NCBI GenBank assembly: GCA_022574775.1
Contig: JACZRI010000002.1
Location: 10,303 to 74,302 of the forward strand
Origin: Patescibacteria group bacterium
GTDB taxonomy: Bacteria; Patescibacteriota; Minisyncoccia; Minisyncoccales; RBG-13-36-15
Direction: 5' to 3'
DNA length: 64,000 bases
Below the pieces are notes generated by a model, which searched no databases, was not told the DNA's origin, and was given only the letters and a program-made list of their open reading frames with translations. Positions 25,430 to 35,125 of the stretch are shown here, piece by piece. Position 1 is the first letter of the stretch. The number at the start of each line of letters is the position of its first letter. Made by a program: the position numbers and the translations under genes.

Positions 25430-26503
25430 TTATTGTTTTTTCAGATATGCTGCGGCTTTCTCTGGTTCAATGGTTGATATCTCCATTCCTGTTCCCAGTT
25501 CAAACCCAGCCCAGACTCCTGTCTTGGGAAGTATCTCAAAGTGCCAGTGGTAGTGGTCATAATGCTTGCCATCGCAGGGAGCTGTATGTAAGAAAAAATT
25601 GTAGTCAGGATTATTCAAACCTTTATATATTCTTTTTAATGCCTCTTGAAATGCTTCAGCTAAAGCCCATTTTTGATCTTCTTTAATTCTCTCAAAATAA
25701 GCATAGTGTTTGCGCGGAAAAATCCTAACCTCAAAGGCTACCCTTGAAGCAAAAGGACACACTGCAATAAAATCTTTGTTCTTAAAAACAATCCTCCTCC
25801 CGTCTTTGATATCCCATTTATTCATTACGCAATGAACGCATTTTTTATTTTCGTGAAAAAAACGTTCAGCCCCCCGTATACTTGACTGAATATCAGGGTC
25901 GGTAAGAGGCATTGCGATAATTTGCGAGTGAGGGTGGGAAATGGAGGCTCCAGCTGTTGCTCCCTGGTTATGGAAAATGGAAATATAATGGACAAACTTT
26001 TCATCCATAAAATCTAAATATCTGTCTTGATAAACATCAATCACTTCTTTAATTTGCTCTACTGAAAACTGTGCCATCTGCTTTGTATGGCTTCTCGTTA
26101 TCACAACTTCGTGAAAACCCATAGCATCCATGCGCCGATATATCCCCTCGGTATTTTTATTTAAGCTTTTACAGGGGGCAAATGCCGGAAATTTATTAGG
26201 AATAACAACAGTTGTCCAGTTTCTAGGGATGTCCTTTTGCGAATAATCTTTTTTGCCTTTAACAAAAATTAAGGTTGGTTTTTCTTGAGTTTCCAAATTC
26301 TCTGGTTCAAAAGGACAGATTTTTTTGGAAGAAACAAAAGATTTTCTTTCTTCTTTCTTGAATGTTTCAGGGCGCCTTGCACGGCCTGTAGCAATGACAA
26401 TCCAGTCTTTGGAAACAAGGTCAAAACGGAGTTCAGAAGGAGCTATTCCTGGTGGGCAAATTTTTAATTCTTTTTCTACGAGGCGGATATTTTTTTTAAC
26501 CAT
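25430..26503 (-). CDS. galT: galactose-1-phosphate uridylyltransferase family (HIT-like)
   Basis: 357-aa ORF with the active-site HPHSQI motif and a duplicated HIT-like half-domain pattern. Confidence 0.8.
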   Translation of the reverse strand: MVKKNIRLVEKELKICPPGIAPSELRFDLVSKDWIVIATGRARRPETFKKEERKSFVSSKKICPFEPENLETQEKPTLIFVKGKKDYSQKDIPRNWTTVVIPNKFPAFAPCKSLNKNTEGIYRRMDAMGFHEVVITRSHTKQMAQFSVEQIKEVIDVYQDRYLDFMDEKFVHYISIFHNQGATAGASISHPHSQIIAMPLTDPDIQSSIRGAERFFHENKKCVHCVMNKWDIKDGRRIVFKNKDFIAVCPFASRVAFEVRIFPRKHYAYFERIKEDQKWALAEAFQEALKRIYKGLNNPDYNFFLHTAPCDGKHYDHYHWHFEILPKTGVWAGFELGTGMEISTIEPEKAAAYLKKQ

Positions 26504-27227
26504 ACCTTTTTGTGATTACATTCCACCTTATTTGGAAAACCTCAAAAAGCATCTCAATCATTCCCTTTAATTTTACTTTACTTTCAGGATCATTCACCCA
26601 GGTTACTGGAATTTCTTTGATTTTATAACCTAATTTCTTAGATATAACTAAAATCTCAACGTCGAAAGCCCATCTGTCAATTTTACATTTCGGGAAAATA
26701 TCTTCTACTGCCTTTGATGTAAAACCTTTAAATCCGCACTGAGTATCCCAAATTCCCCACAATCCCGAAATTATCTGAACAATTAAATTAAAAATATCTC
26801 CAAGTCTTCTCCTTATCCATGATTGAGGAGTAGCAATTACAGCACCCTTAATGTCCCGAGAGCCGATAACAACTTTAAAATCTTTTTCAAATTCCGGCCA
26901 CATTTTCTCAATCTGATCAACACTTGTTGAATTATCAGCATCGGTAAACAATCTATACTCCCCTTTAGCCTCCAGCATTCCCTGCCTTACGACATACCCT
27001 TTCCCGTGATTTTCTTTATTGTCAATTAATATTAAATTTTTAATTATAGGTTTCAGATCCCTGACAACTTCCGCAGTTTTATCTTTCGAGCCATCGCTAA
27101 CTACAATAATTTCATATTTATAATCTTGCCTTTTTAAATATTTATCAATTTCAGCCAAAGTTTTAGGCAAACGCCTTTCTTCATTATAAGCAGGAATGAT
27201 AATAGAGAAATAAATTTCGTTTGGCAT
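26496..27227 (-). CDS. family 2 glycosyltransferase (dolichyl-phosphate glucosyltransferase-like)
   Basis: 243-aa ORF with SIIIPAYNEE...VSDGS.D.T and TDAD motifs. Confidence 0.8.
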   Translation of the reverse strand: MPNEIYFSIIIPAYNEERRLPKTLAEIDKYLKRQDYKYEIIVVSDGSKDKTAEVVRDLKPIIKNLILIDNKENHGKGYVVRQGMLEAKGEYRLFTDADNSTSVDQIEKMWPEFEKDFKVVIGSRDIKGAVIATPQSWIRRRLGDIFNLIVQIISGLWGIWDTQCGFKGFTSKAVEDIFPKCKIDRWAFDVEILVISKKLGYKIKEIPVTWVNDPESKVKLKGMIEMLFEVFQIRWNVITKRYG

Positions 27228-27316
27228 TATTTCATTTTACCTGATTTTTTGAGAAACAAAAAGAGGCGCTCAGTTGAGCACCAATTAGATAAATCGAAGT
27301 CTTTACGACTCAGTAC

Positions 27317-28072
27317 CTATTCATATTCAAAATCTGTCAAGATTTTACAGCCCTCTTTTGTTATAGCTATCGTTTGCTCAAAATGACAAGACAAAGAACC
27401 ATCTTTCGTTTCATAGCCAAATCCGTCTTTAGCGCTCTTCAATTTGTAGTCTCCCACTGTTATCATAGGTTCAATGCAAATTACCATGCCTTCTTTAAGC
27501 TCTTCTCCTTTATGTCTTTTACCATAATTTAAAATTTTTGGATCCTCGTGAAGCTCTCTTCCAATTCCGTGTCCGCAAAGGTCCCGTACTACATTGTATC
27601 TTTGAGATTCTACGTACCTCTGAATAGTATTTCCAATATCCCCAGCTGTATTTCCCGGTCTTACTTTTTTAATTCCTCTTTTTAAGGCCTTCTTTGTTAT
27701 TCTGATAAGCCTTGCAGCTTCCGGAGAAACTTCACCCACAGGCAAAGTGACTGCCATATCATTATGGAAACCATTCCACAGAATTCCCAAGTCCAAAGTG
27801 ATAATATCCCCTTCTTTTAAAACTCGGTTTGAAGGGACGGAATGGACAATCTCTTCGTTTATTGAGGAACACAATACTGCGGGGAAATTTTCATAACCCT
27901 TAAAAGAAGGTTTTCCTCCGGATTCTAAAATCAGGCTCTCTGCGAGCCTGTCTAATTCTTTAGTGGTGATTCCAGGCCTTACTTTTTTTATTAATTCTTT
28001 CATGATTCTGGCCAGAATTTTTCCGCCTTCGGACATAATTTGAATTTCTTCCTGAGATTTGATTGTAATCAT
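27317..28072 (-). CDS. map: type I methionine aminopeptidase
   Basis: MetAP-I pattern (MITIKS..EI..M...G.I...; metal ligands D..D..H..E..E). Start trimmed to ATG 28072, because the upstream in-frame codons lie in a REP-like element. Confidence 0.9.
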   Translation of the reverse strand: MITIKSQEEIQIMSEGGKILARIMKELIKKVRPGITTKELDRLAESLILESGGKPSFKGYENFPAVLCSSINEEIVHSVPSNRVLKEGDIITLDLGILWNGFHNDMAVTLPVGEVSPEAARLIRITKKALKRGIKKVRPGNTAGDIGNTIQRYVESQRYNVVRDLCGHGIGRELHEDPKILNYGKRHKGEELKEGMVICIEPMITVGDYKLKSAKDGFGYETKDGSLSCHFEQTIAITKEGCKILTDFEYE

Positions 28073-28086
28073 TTTATGATTCGGCA

Positions 28087-28113
28087 TGCTCACCATCCTG
28101 AGTTTACCGAAGG
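28087..28113. repeat. REP-like half element spanning the adk stop / map upstream junction
   Basis: GCTCACCATCCTGAGTTTACCGAAGGA. It supplies the adk stop codon context. Confidence 0.8.
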
Positions 28114-28805
28114 ATTACTTTTAAAATATCTTTAAAAACTCCCTCTACTGACTGCTTCCCCTCAATTTCTTTTACTTTTAATCCTTGTTTTCTAAATAAC
28201 CCAATCAGAGGAAAAGTTCTCTCTTTGTATTCTTTCAGTCTTATTTTAATAATTTCCGCATTATCATCCCTGCGCACTACTAATTTTGAGCCGTCCAAAG
28301 GGCATTTTTTTAATTTAGTGGTTTCTTTTGTGTATAAAACTGGGTGGCGCATTAATTCGCAACTTCTTCTATGAGAATTCCTCAAAATTGAGTCTTTACC
28401 GCTTAATTTAATCAGGATTACTTTAATGTTTTTTGCTCCGTACAATTTTTTTAAAAGCGGGATTAATTCTTTCCCTTCATAGAGTGTCCTTGGAGATCCT
28501 GAAGTCACTATTCCATTTTCCTCTTTTGCCAGCTCTCTGATTTTATTTTTTGTCCAAAATGTAATTAACGGCGGGCTCATCAATACTCCTGATTCTCTCA
28601 ATCGTTTTTCTTTTGAAAGAAAATATTTTTTATTATTTGCCGTTACAAAGTCGTTTTTTTTTGCTTTTGCTAAATTTTTCTCAATTATCTCGCTTGTCTC
28701 TAAATGATAAGAGTCTAATTTCTCTGACAAAAGCTCTGCCTGTGTTCCTTTTCCAGATCCCGGCGGACCCAAAAGAATTATTACTAATTTTTTGCTTTCT
28801 GGCAT
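28104..28805 (-). CDS. adk: adenylate kinase
   Basis: P-loop LLGPPGSGKGTQA and canonical position after secY. The last codons (ILR-stop) are encoded by a REP-like half element. Confidence 0.88.
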   Translation of the reverse strand: MPESKKLVIILLGPPGSGKGTQAELLSEKLDSYHLETSEIIEKNLAKAKKNDFVTANNKKYFLSKEKRLRESGVLMSPPLITFWTKNKIRELAKEENGIVTSGSPRTLYEGKELIPLLKKLYGAKNIKVILIKLSGKDSILRNSHRRSCELMRHPVLYTKETTKLKKCPLDGSKLVVRRDDNAEIIKIRLKEYKERTFPLIGLFRKQGLKVKEIEGKQSVEGVFKDILKVILR

Positions 28806-28942
28806 TTTGGAGAGCTTGAGAACCTTTTTGTAAAAGGGACTCGAATATCAATCAGTAAAATTTTTACGGGTTATAAGGTCCCGAGAAATTTTACACCTTA
28901 TGTTTTTGGAGATTGGACACCTTTTTCTGGAAAAGGGGTCCA

Positions 28943-30229
28943 CTAAAAGGTTTCATATTCCCTCGTCTGCAATTGAGCTCTGATTTGGCGCATCAATTCT
29001 AAAACAACTGAAACCACAATTAGTAATGCTGTGCCACCCACTAAGAATTGGAAAACAACCACACCAGTTATACCTTGGACAATAGACGGCAAAACAGCAA
29101 TTGTTCCTAAAAACAAAGCTCCAATTAACAAAATTCGGTTGAGAACATAATACAAAAAGTTTGTGGTTGAAGATCCTGGTCTGATTCCGGGAATAAAACC
29201 TCCCATTTTTTGCAAATTGGAAGAAATAGCTTTTGGATCAAAAGTAACTGCAGTATAAAAATAGGTAAAAATACCGACTAACAGAAAATAGATAATCCCG
29301 TAGCCCCAAGGATTAATAGCAGGATTCAAGAAATTCCCTATAGACTGAATTACTCTTGGAATTACTCCTTCTCCTCCTGCAAAAAAGTTTGCAACCATTC
29401 CTGGAAAAAGCAACATAGATAAAGCGAAAATTATTGGAATAACACCTGCTGGATTGACATTTAAAGGCAAGTAAGTGGAAACGCCGCCGTACATCTTCAT
29501 ACCCCTCACCCTTTTAGCATAAGATACCGGAATATTTCTTCTCGCTTCCGATACTAAAACAACTCCGGCAATAATAATTACGGAACCTGCAAAAAAAAGT
29601 AAATAAGCCGGGAGTCTTGAAGGATCGTAGGTAACTACCAGTTGCCGGATATTAGTCGGAAAATCAGCAACAATTCCAGCAAAAATCATAAGAGAAATGC
29701 CATTACCAATCCCTTTTTCTGAAATTAATTCCCCTAACCACATCAAAAAAACAGCCCCGGCAGTGACGGTCAAAATAGAGGTCAGAAAGAAAACTTGGGG
29801 AAGATCCCCTATAATGCCTTGACGTTGGAGTAAAATAAGCAATCCATAGCTTTGCAGTATGGCCAAGGGAATAGTTAAAATTCTACCGTATTGATTAAAT
29901 TTCTGTCGCCCCGCCTCTCCCTCCTCTTTGTAAAGTCGTTCTAGTTGCGGGAAAATCATAGTAAGCAGCTGCAGAATAATTACCGAAGTAATGTAGGGAC
30001 CCAATCCAAGCATAACAATAGAAAGATTGTCCAAAGCTCCTCCGGTGAAAAGGTTCAATAGTCCAAAAAGTTGATTCGCTTCAAAAAATTCCTTCATTCT
30101 TTGTGAATCAATTCCAGGAATAGGAAGATTGGCCATTATTCTAAAAATGACAAAAATCCCTAAAATAAAAAATATTTTATTACGAAGATCTCTAATTTTG
30201 AATATTTGAATGATTCTTTGCCACCACAT
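28943..30229 (-). CDS. secY: preprotein translocase subunit SecY
   Basis: 428-aa polytopic ORF with a SecY pattern, in the canonical position after rplO. Confidence 0.95.
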   Translation of the reverse strand: MWWQRIIQIFKIRDLRNKIFFILGIFVIFRIMANLPIPGIDSQRMKEFFEANQLFGLLNLFTGGALDNLSIVMLGLGPYITSVIILQLLTMIFPQLERLYKEEGEAGRQKFNQYGRILTIPLAILQSYGLLILLQRQGIIGDLPQVFFLTSILTVTAGAVFLMWLGELISEKGIGNGISLMIFAGIVADFPTNIRQLVVTYDPSRLPAYLLFFAGSVIIIAGVVLVSEARRNIPVSYAKRVRGMKMYGGVSTYLPLNVNPAGVIPIIFALSMLLFPGMVANFFAGGEGVIPRVIQSIGNFLNPAINPWGYGIIYFLLVGIFTYFYTAVTFDPKAISSNLQKMGGFIPGIRPGSSTTNFLYYVLNRILLIGALFLGTIAVLPSIVQGITGVVVFQFLVGGTALLIVVSVVLELMRQIRAQLQTREYETF

Positions 30230-30295
30230 TGAAGTTTATATGCTATATATTGTATCTCGCATTTTGTATCAGTCCTACATACAAAATACCATATA

Positions 30296-30730
30296 TTAAA
30301 TACGAATGACACCGCCGGCTTTCTCAATCTTTTCTTTCGCTTTGCTAGAAACTAAACAATTCCTGACAGTCAAGGATTTCTCCAGCTTCCCTTTTCCTAA
30401 AATTTTGACTTGAGGCAATCTCCCTTTTATTTTACTAATTATTCTTTTCTCAATCAAGGTATAAGGAGTAATTGTATCTCCAGTCTTAAATTTCATCTCT
30501 AAAGCATCGAGGTTAATTATAGTTGGTTTTAATCTAAAACTCTTAAACCTATATCCTCTTAACTTTGGGTATCTTTTTATCAATTCTCGAATAACGGGCT
30601 GGAATTTCTTGCCAGCTCTTGATCTTTGACCCTTTACCCCTTTGCCAGAATAAGTACCGCGCTTTCCACCGCGACCTACCCTTTTCCTTTTCTTTTTTTT
30701 ATGAATTGGTTTTAATTGATGTAGCTGCAT
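30296..30730 (-). CDS. rplO: 50S ribosomal protein L15
   Basis: L15 pattern (L..L.P....K.RKRVGRG...G.T.GKG.KGQ..R.G). Start trimmed to ATG 30730 (MQLHQLKP). Confidence 0.93.
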   Translation of the reverse strand: MQLHQLKPIHKKKKRKRVGRGGKRGTYSGKGVKGQRSRAGKKFQPVIRELIKRYPKLRGYRFKSFRLKPTIINLDALEMKFKTGDTITPYTLIEKRIISKIKGRLPQVKILGKGKLEKSLTVRNCLVSSKAKEKIEKAGGVIRI

Positions 30731-30824
30731 ATCTTGGTATATTGCTGTGCCTCGCACCATCGAGTCAGACTCGACTGACGCCGGGGTATTTTGTATCTTG
30801 GTAATAAAAATCTCGAACTACTAA

Positions 30825-31301
30825 CTACAAATTGCTTTTAGTTTTCAGTTGCTTCAAAGCTTCAATTGTTGCTCTCGCATTATTCAATTTATTCCTTGTC
30901 CTTCCTAAGATTTTTGAAGAAATATTTTTGATTCCAGCTAAAGTACAAATTACCCTGACAGTTCCTCCTGCTACCAATCCTCTTCCTTTCCTTTGAGGCT
31001 TCAATAGAATTTTAGCTGATCCAAATTTCACATAAACTTCGTGAGGAATAGTATCATTTATAATAGGAACCGTAATCAAATTTTTCTTAGCTAACCTAAT
31101 AGCTTTTTCTATTGCTTGGGCAACATCTAAACCTTTATCTACCCCTACTCCTACTTTTCCTTTTTTGTCGCCAATAACCATCACTGCTCGAAACCGAAAA
31201 CGCCGGCCGCCAGCCGTCACACGAACAACTCTCGCCAAATCTAAAAGCTTTGACTCAAATTCATCTTTTTTCTGTTCTCTCGGTGGTCTTTCTCTTCGCA
31301 T
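30825..31301 (-). CDS. rpsE: 30S ribosomal protein S5
   Basis: 158-aa ORF with S5 pattern (V.RV.KV.KGGR.F.F.A.VV.GD..G.VG.G.GKA..V..AI.KA). Confidence 0.95.
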   Translation of the reverse strand: MRRERPPREQKKDEFESKLLDLARVVRVTAGGRRFRFRAVMVIGDKKGKVGVGVDKGLDVAQAIEKAIRLAKKNLITVPIINDTIPHEVYVKFGSAKILLKPQRKGRGLVAGGTVRVICTLAGIKNISSKILGRTRNKLNNARATIEALKQLKTKSNL

Positions 31302-31356
31302 AATTTTCTACTAATTGTTGTTTTTTTGAATTATGAATATTTGTAATTCGTAGGGT

Positions 31357-31740
31357 TTAAAATTTTAATCCAGTGCTTCTTGCTCCTTCGGCAAGAGCTC
31401 TCACTCTCCCATGGTATTTGTGACCTCCCCTATCAAACATAACTTTTTCAATTTTCTTTTTTAAAGCTTTCTCGGCCACTAATTTTCCTACTTCATAGGC
31501 TATAGCTCTTTTACCCGAAAGCGGTCTTTGATCTTTTTCCATTTTTCCTTTTTTATCTTTTATTTTTAAATCCTGGTCTCTTGCAGCAACAAGGGTTCTG
31601 CTTTTTTCATCATCGATTAACTGAGCATATATATGCTTTGCTGAACGAGAAACACAAAGCCGAGGAACTTCTGCTGTACCAAATATTTTTGCTCTTACTC
31701 GTTTATGACGTCTGTATCTTTTTTGTTTTTTTTCTAACAT
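31357..31740 (-). CDS. rplR: 50S ribosomal protein L18
   Basis: 127-aa ORF with L18 pattern (R..RHKRVR.KI.GT...PRL.V.RS.KHIYAQ.IDD). Confidence 0.95.
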   Translation of the reverse strand: MLEKKQKRYRRHKRVRAKIFGTAEVPRLCVSRSAKHIYAQLIDDEKSRTLVAARDQDLKIKDKKGKMEKDQRPLSGKRAIAYEVGKLVAEKALKKKIEKVMFDRGGHKYHGRVRALAEGARSTGLKF

Positions 31741-31802
31741 ACATCAATTTCCAATGACTCACTGACTAAAATTTTAGAAATTACTAATTAGAAATAGAAA
31801 TT

Positions 31803-32345
31803 TTATTCAGCGGTTACCACCTTTTTTCCCGCTTTCTTCCTAACCACCTCTCCCATGTACCTTATTCCTTTCCCTTTATAAGGTTCAGGCTTGCGAACTT
31901 TTCTTATTCTCGCTGCAATCTGTCCAACTAATTCTTTATTAATACCTGAAATAATAATAACATTTTTTTCTACTAAAAACTGTATTCCCTCTGGCGCTTC
32001 TATTTTTACAGGATGAGTGAATCCGACCTGCAGAGTAAGTTCCTTTCCTTCAACTGAACCTTTATACCCTAAACCTTTAATCTCCAGTTTTTTTTCATAG
32101 CCATCGTTGACTCCTTTAATAAGGTTTGCGAGAATGGCCCTTGTTGTTCCCCATAATGCTTTAGTTTTTTTGATTTCAATTTGTGGTGAAACAAAAATTT
32201 TTTCATCCTTTAGTTCAGCTTTAACTTCAGGACAAATCTCATAAAAAAGCTCTCCTTTGGGCCCCTTTACTTTTACCTTGTTTCCGTCAATCTTAACCTC
32301 AACTCCTTGAGGTATCTCAATTGGTTTTTTACCTACGCGACTCAT
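31803..32345 (-). CDS. rplF: 50S ribosomal protein L6
   Basis: 180-aa ORF starting MSRVGKKPI.IP.GV.V. Confidence 0.95.
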   Translation of the reverse strand: MSRVGKKPIEIPQGVEVKIDGNKVKVKGPKGELFYEICPEVKAELKDEKIFVSPQIEIKKTKALWGTTRAILANLIKGVNDGYEKKLEIKGLGYKGSVEGKELTLQVGFTHPVKIEAPEGIQFLVEKNVIIISGINKELVGQIAARIRKVRKPEPYKGKGIRYMGEVVRKKAGKKVVTAE

Positions 32346-32412
32346 AAATCATTTAAGCATTTAAGCATTTTAACATTAAACATGTTTAGATGTTTGTATG
32401 TTTAGATGAAAT
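32346..32412. repeat. same family (rplF-rpsH spacer)
   Basis: CATTTAAGCATTTAAGCATTTTAACATTAAACATGTTTAGATGTTTGTATGTTTAGATG. Confidence 0.9.
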
Positions 32413-32802
32413 TTACCAGATTTCAGCGAGTACTTCTCCTCCAATTTTCCGTCTCCTGGCTTCTTTATTAGTCATTAATCCCTTTGGAGTAGAAATGATA
32501 GCTATTCCATAACCGCCCCTAACCCTTCTTAATTCCTTCGAGCCTTTATAAATTCTCTGGCCAGGTTTTGAAATTCTTTTTAGGCCAGATATAACAGGGG
32601 TTTTTCCGTCATATTTTAAAATAATTTCAATAGTTTTATTTATCTTTTTCCCTTTCTTTTCCACTTTCTCTACAAAACCATGCTTTTTTAGAACCTCGGC
32701 GATTTCATATTTCAGATTAGAAAAAGGGATATTAACCGTTTGATGTGAAACGGCTTGAGCATTACGGATTCGATTTAACATATCGGCAATAGGATCAGTC
32801 AT
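32413..32802 (-). CDS. rpsH: 30S ribosomal protein S8
   Basis: 129-aa ORF starting MTDPIADMLNRIRNA. Confidence 0.95.
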   Translation of the reverse strand: MTDPIADMLNRIRNAQAVSHQTVNIPFSNLKYEIAEVLKKHGFVEKVEKKGKKINKTIEIILKYDGKTPVISGLKRISKPGQRIYKGSKELRRVRGGYGIAIISTPKGLMTNKEARRRKIGGEVLAEIW

Positions 32803-32882
32803 TTGAAGTCTGAAGTCTGAAGTCTGAAGACCTGAAGATTTTTATTCTTTGTTTCTTCGTACTTCGTACTTCGTATTTAATT
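32803..32882. repeat. GAAGTCT / CTTCGTA word hairpin (rpsH-rpsN spacer)
   Basis: (GAAGTCT)x3 GAAGACCTGAAG ... (CTTCGTA)x3. Confidence 0.9.
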
Positions 32883-33068
32883 TTACCAGCTACTTTTCTT
32901 AATTCCTGGTATCTCAGCTTTATTTGCCATTTCTCTAAAACATATACGGCATAATCTAAATTTTCTCATGTATCCTCTTTTTCTTCCACATCTAAAGCAC
33001 CTACGGACAATCCGAGTTGAAAATTTTGGTTTTCCAAGCGACTTTAAAATTTGTGATTTCTTCGCCAT
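32883..33068 (-). CDS. rpsN: 30S ribosomal protein S14, Zn-ribbon (type Z)
   Basis: 61-aa ORF with [20 protein letters not shown]. Confidence 0.95.
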   Translation of the reverse strand: MAKKSQILKSLGKPKFSTRIVRRCFRCGRKRGYMRKFRLCRICFREMANKAEIPGIKKSSW

Positions 33069-33072
33069 ATTT

Positions 33073-33627
33073 CTATGATTTTATAGGAAATCCTAACAAT
33101 TTTAACAATTCCATTCCTTCTTTTCTACTGTCTGTTTTAATAACCACAGTTATCTCTAGGCCGAAATTGAATCTTGTCACCTCAGGGGAAACCTCTGGAA
33201 AAACAATATGCTCTTTAATACCGATTGTTAAATTTCCTTCTTTATCAATTGAATTAGGGTTAATTCCTCGAAAATCCCTGGTTCTCGGCAAAACAATATT
33301 GATTAATCTTTCTAAAAAATCATACATAACTTTTTTTCTCAAAGTAACTTTAACTCCAACTGGCTGGCCTTCTCTAATTTTAAAACCGGCGATTGACTTT
33401 TTTGCTTTAGTTAAAACAGGCCTTTGTCCGCAAATCTGCGCCAAATCGGTTAAAATACTATCTGCAATTTTCTTCCGTTCATCCGAAGTTTTACCGGATA
33501 TAAACTTGCCAAAGCCAACATTAACTATCACTTTCCCAATTTTAGGAACAATCATATTGCTTTTATAACCAAACTTTTCCTTCATCGCAGGAATCACTTC
33601 TTTTCTATACTTTTCTAGTAATCGCAC
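33073..33627 (-). CDS. rplE: 50S ribosomal protein L5
   Basis: 184-aa ORF with an L5 pattern (P.I.KVV.N.G.G......D.......L..I.GQ.P..T.AKKSIA.FK.R.G). Confidence 0.95.
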   Translation of the reverse strand: MRLLEKYRKEVIPAMKEKFGYKSNMIVPKIGKVIVNVGFGKFISGKTSDERKKIADSILTDLAQICGQRPVLTKAKKSIAGFKIREGQPVGVKVTLRKKVMYDFLERLINIVLPRTRDFRGINPNSIDKEGNLTIGIKEHIVFPEVSPEVTRFNFGLEITVVIKTDSRKEGMELLKLLGFPIKS

Positions 33628-33715
33628 TACAGTCTTGTAGTTTGTATTTCGTAGCTTATATTCTGGGTTTAACTCTATTCTCCCTAATACTAACTACTAG
33701 CTACTAACTACTATT

Positions 33716-34021
33716 TTATGTTTCTTGCCCGCATTTTTTACACACTCTGTACTTTTTATTCTCAGTCGTTTTATATCCCATTCTTGAGGGCTTGCCGCAC
33801 TTTGAACAAATGTATTTAACATTGGAGACATGAATCGGAGCTGCAAGCTCAATAATCTGACCTTTTTCTCCTCCTCGACGAGCTTTAATGTGTTTTTTCC
33901 TCAAATTCATTCCCTCAACCACGACACGCTCTTGCTTGGGAAAAGCTTTTAAAATCTTGCCACGTCTCCCTCGATCTTTTCCTGAAATTATTAGGACTGT
34001 ATCACCTTTATGCACTTTCAT
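33716..34021 (-). CDS. rplX: 50S ribosomal protein L24 with C-terminal Cys4 zinc-ribbon
   Basis: KOW N-terminus (MKVHKGDTVLIISGKDRGRRGKI). C-terminus CSKCGKP...RVCKKCGQ. Confidence 0.93.
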   Translation of the reverse strand: MKVHKGDTVLIISGKDRGRRGKILKAFPKQERVVVEGMNLRKKHIKARRGGEKGQIIELAAPIHVSNVKYICSKCGKPSRMGYKTTENKKYRVCKKCGQET

Positions 34022-34100
34022 TTTTAGTTTTTTCGCGTCTAGCGCCTAGTTTTTGATTATCATTTTTCTAAACACCTAGTCCTTAGAAGCTAGAAGCTAA

Positions 34101-34469
34101 TTACACAAGTTCCTCCGCTAATGCTGCTATTTTCTCAAATCCTTTCTCTTTTATTTCATAAGGCACTGGTCCAAAAATTCTTCCTCCTTTAGGATCTTTC
34201 TTCACATCCAAAATAACAACTGCGTTATCGTCAAAACGTATATAAGTGCCGTCCTTCCTCCGATAAGGCTTTTTCTGACGGACAATAACCGCCCTGACTA
34301 TGTCATGCGTTTTTACCGGCCTTCTTGGATCTGCTTTTTTGACTGCTGCCACAATCATATCTCCAATCTGCGCATACTTTTTTCGCGTTCCGCCCAAAAC
34401 CTTAAAACACTGGATAATTTTTGCCCCAGTGTTATCGGCTACTTTTAACATTGTTCTAGGCTGTATCAT
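34101..34469 (-). CDS. rplN: 50S ribosomal protein L14
   Basis: 122-aa ORF starting MIQPRTMLKVADNTGAK. Confidence 0.96.
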   Translation of the reverse strand: MIQPRTMLKVADNTGAKIIQCFKVLGGTRKKYAQIGDMIVAAVKKADPRRPVKTHDIVRAVIVRQKKPYRRKDGTYIRFDDNAVVILDVKKDPKGGRIFGPVPYEIKEKGFEKIAALAEELV

Positions 34470-34557
34470 AGACTAGCTTGTAGCTTATAGCTTGTAGCTT
34501 GTAGGTAATTAGATATCCAAACAATAATTTCAGTTAAAAACCTAAAAAGCTAATAAG
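34470..34557. repeat. TAGCTTG-word hairpin (rplN-rpsQ spacer)
   Basis: TAGCTTGTAGCTTATAGCTTGTAGCTTGTAGG ... CCTAAAAAGCTAATAAGCTA. Confidence 0.85.
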
Positions 34558-34806
34558 CTAAATCCTAGATATTACCCTCCACCTCTTATCCCTGCTTATT
34601 GGCCTGCATTCTTCAATAACAACCTTATCTCCCATTTTATATTCTTCTTTTTCATCATGTGCTTTATATTTCTTATGGACTTTATACCTTCTTTTATACC
34701 TCGGGTGTTGCCGGATGATTTCAATCTTAACAATTACTGTTTTTTGCATTTTGTCAGAAACAACAATTCCTGTTAATTTACGCTTTGGCATAATTAATTT
34801 AGACAT
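34558..34806 (-). CDS. rpsQ: 30S ribosomal protein S17
   Basis: 82-aa ORF with S17 pattern (L.G.VVSDKM.KT..V......HP.Y.K......K..AHD). Confidence 0.94.
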   Translation of the reverse strand: MSKLIMPKRKLTGIVVSDKMQKTVIVKIEIIRQHPRYKRRYKVHKKYKAHDEKEEYKMGDKVVIEECRPISRDKRWRVISRI

Positions 34807-34868
34807 TTAAGCATTTTTATATTTTAACAAAATTGATTTCTGTGCTTAAATGTTTAGATGTTTAAATG
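34807..34868. repeat. same family (rpsQ-rpmC spacer)
   Basis: CATTTAAGCATTTTTATATTTTAAC ... GCTTAAATGTTTAGATGTTTAAATG. Confidence 0.85.
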
Positions 34869-35051
34869 TTAAGATGATTTAAATACGGTAAGGATTCTTG
34901 CAATGTCCTTTCTTATTTTTCTTGCCTCTCTCACATTTTTTACTTTTCCTGCAGCCGAAGCAAATCTAAGCTGACGCAATTTTTCTCGACTTTCAGTTAA
35001 AGTCTTTTGTAATTCAACTTGAGATTTTTGTCGTAGCTCACTGGCTTTCAT
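34869..35051 (-). CDS. rpmC: 50S ribosomal protein L29
   Basis: 60-aa ORF MKASELRQKS..EL...L.E....L..LRF. Confidence 0.92.
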   Translation of the reverse strand: MKASELRQKSQVELQKTLTESREKLRQLRFASAAGKVKNVREARKIRKDIARILTVFKSS

Positions 35052-35125
35052 TATTAAACAGTTATATGGCTATATGATGAATGAAATAAAACGGCTACTA
35101 TTTAACCATTTAGCCATTGAAACAT

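Noticed and set aside
33017-33568. 183-aa plus-strand ORF. Similar shadow ORFs include 603-962, 7977-8306, 11318-11719, 11818-12249, 17383-17793, 41107-41595 and 56051-56416.
   Set aside because: Each lies entirely antisense to a well-supported conserved gene (L5, MreB, MurA, L17, RpoA, FtsA-like, EF-Tu, NrdJ). They have low-complexity translations and no start signals, as expected for AT-rich shadow frames.
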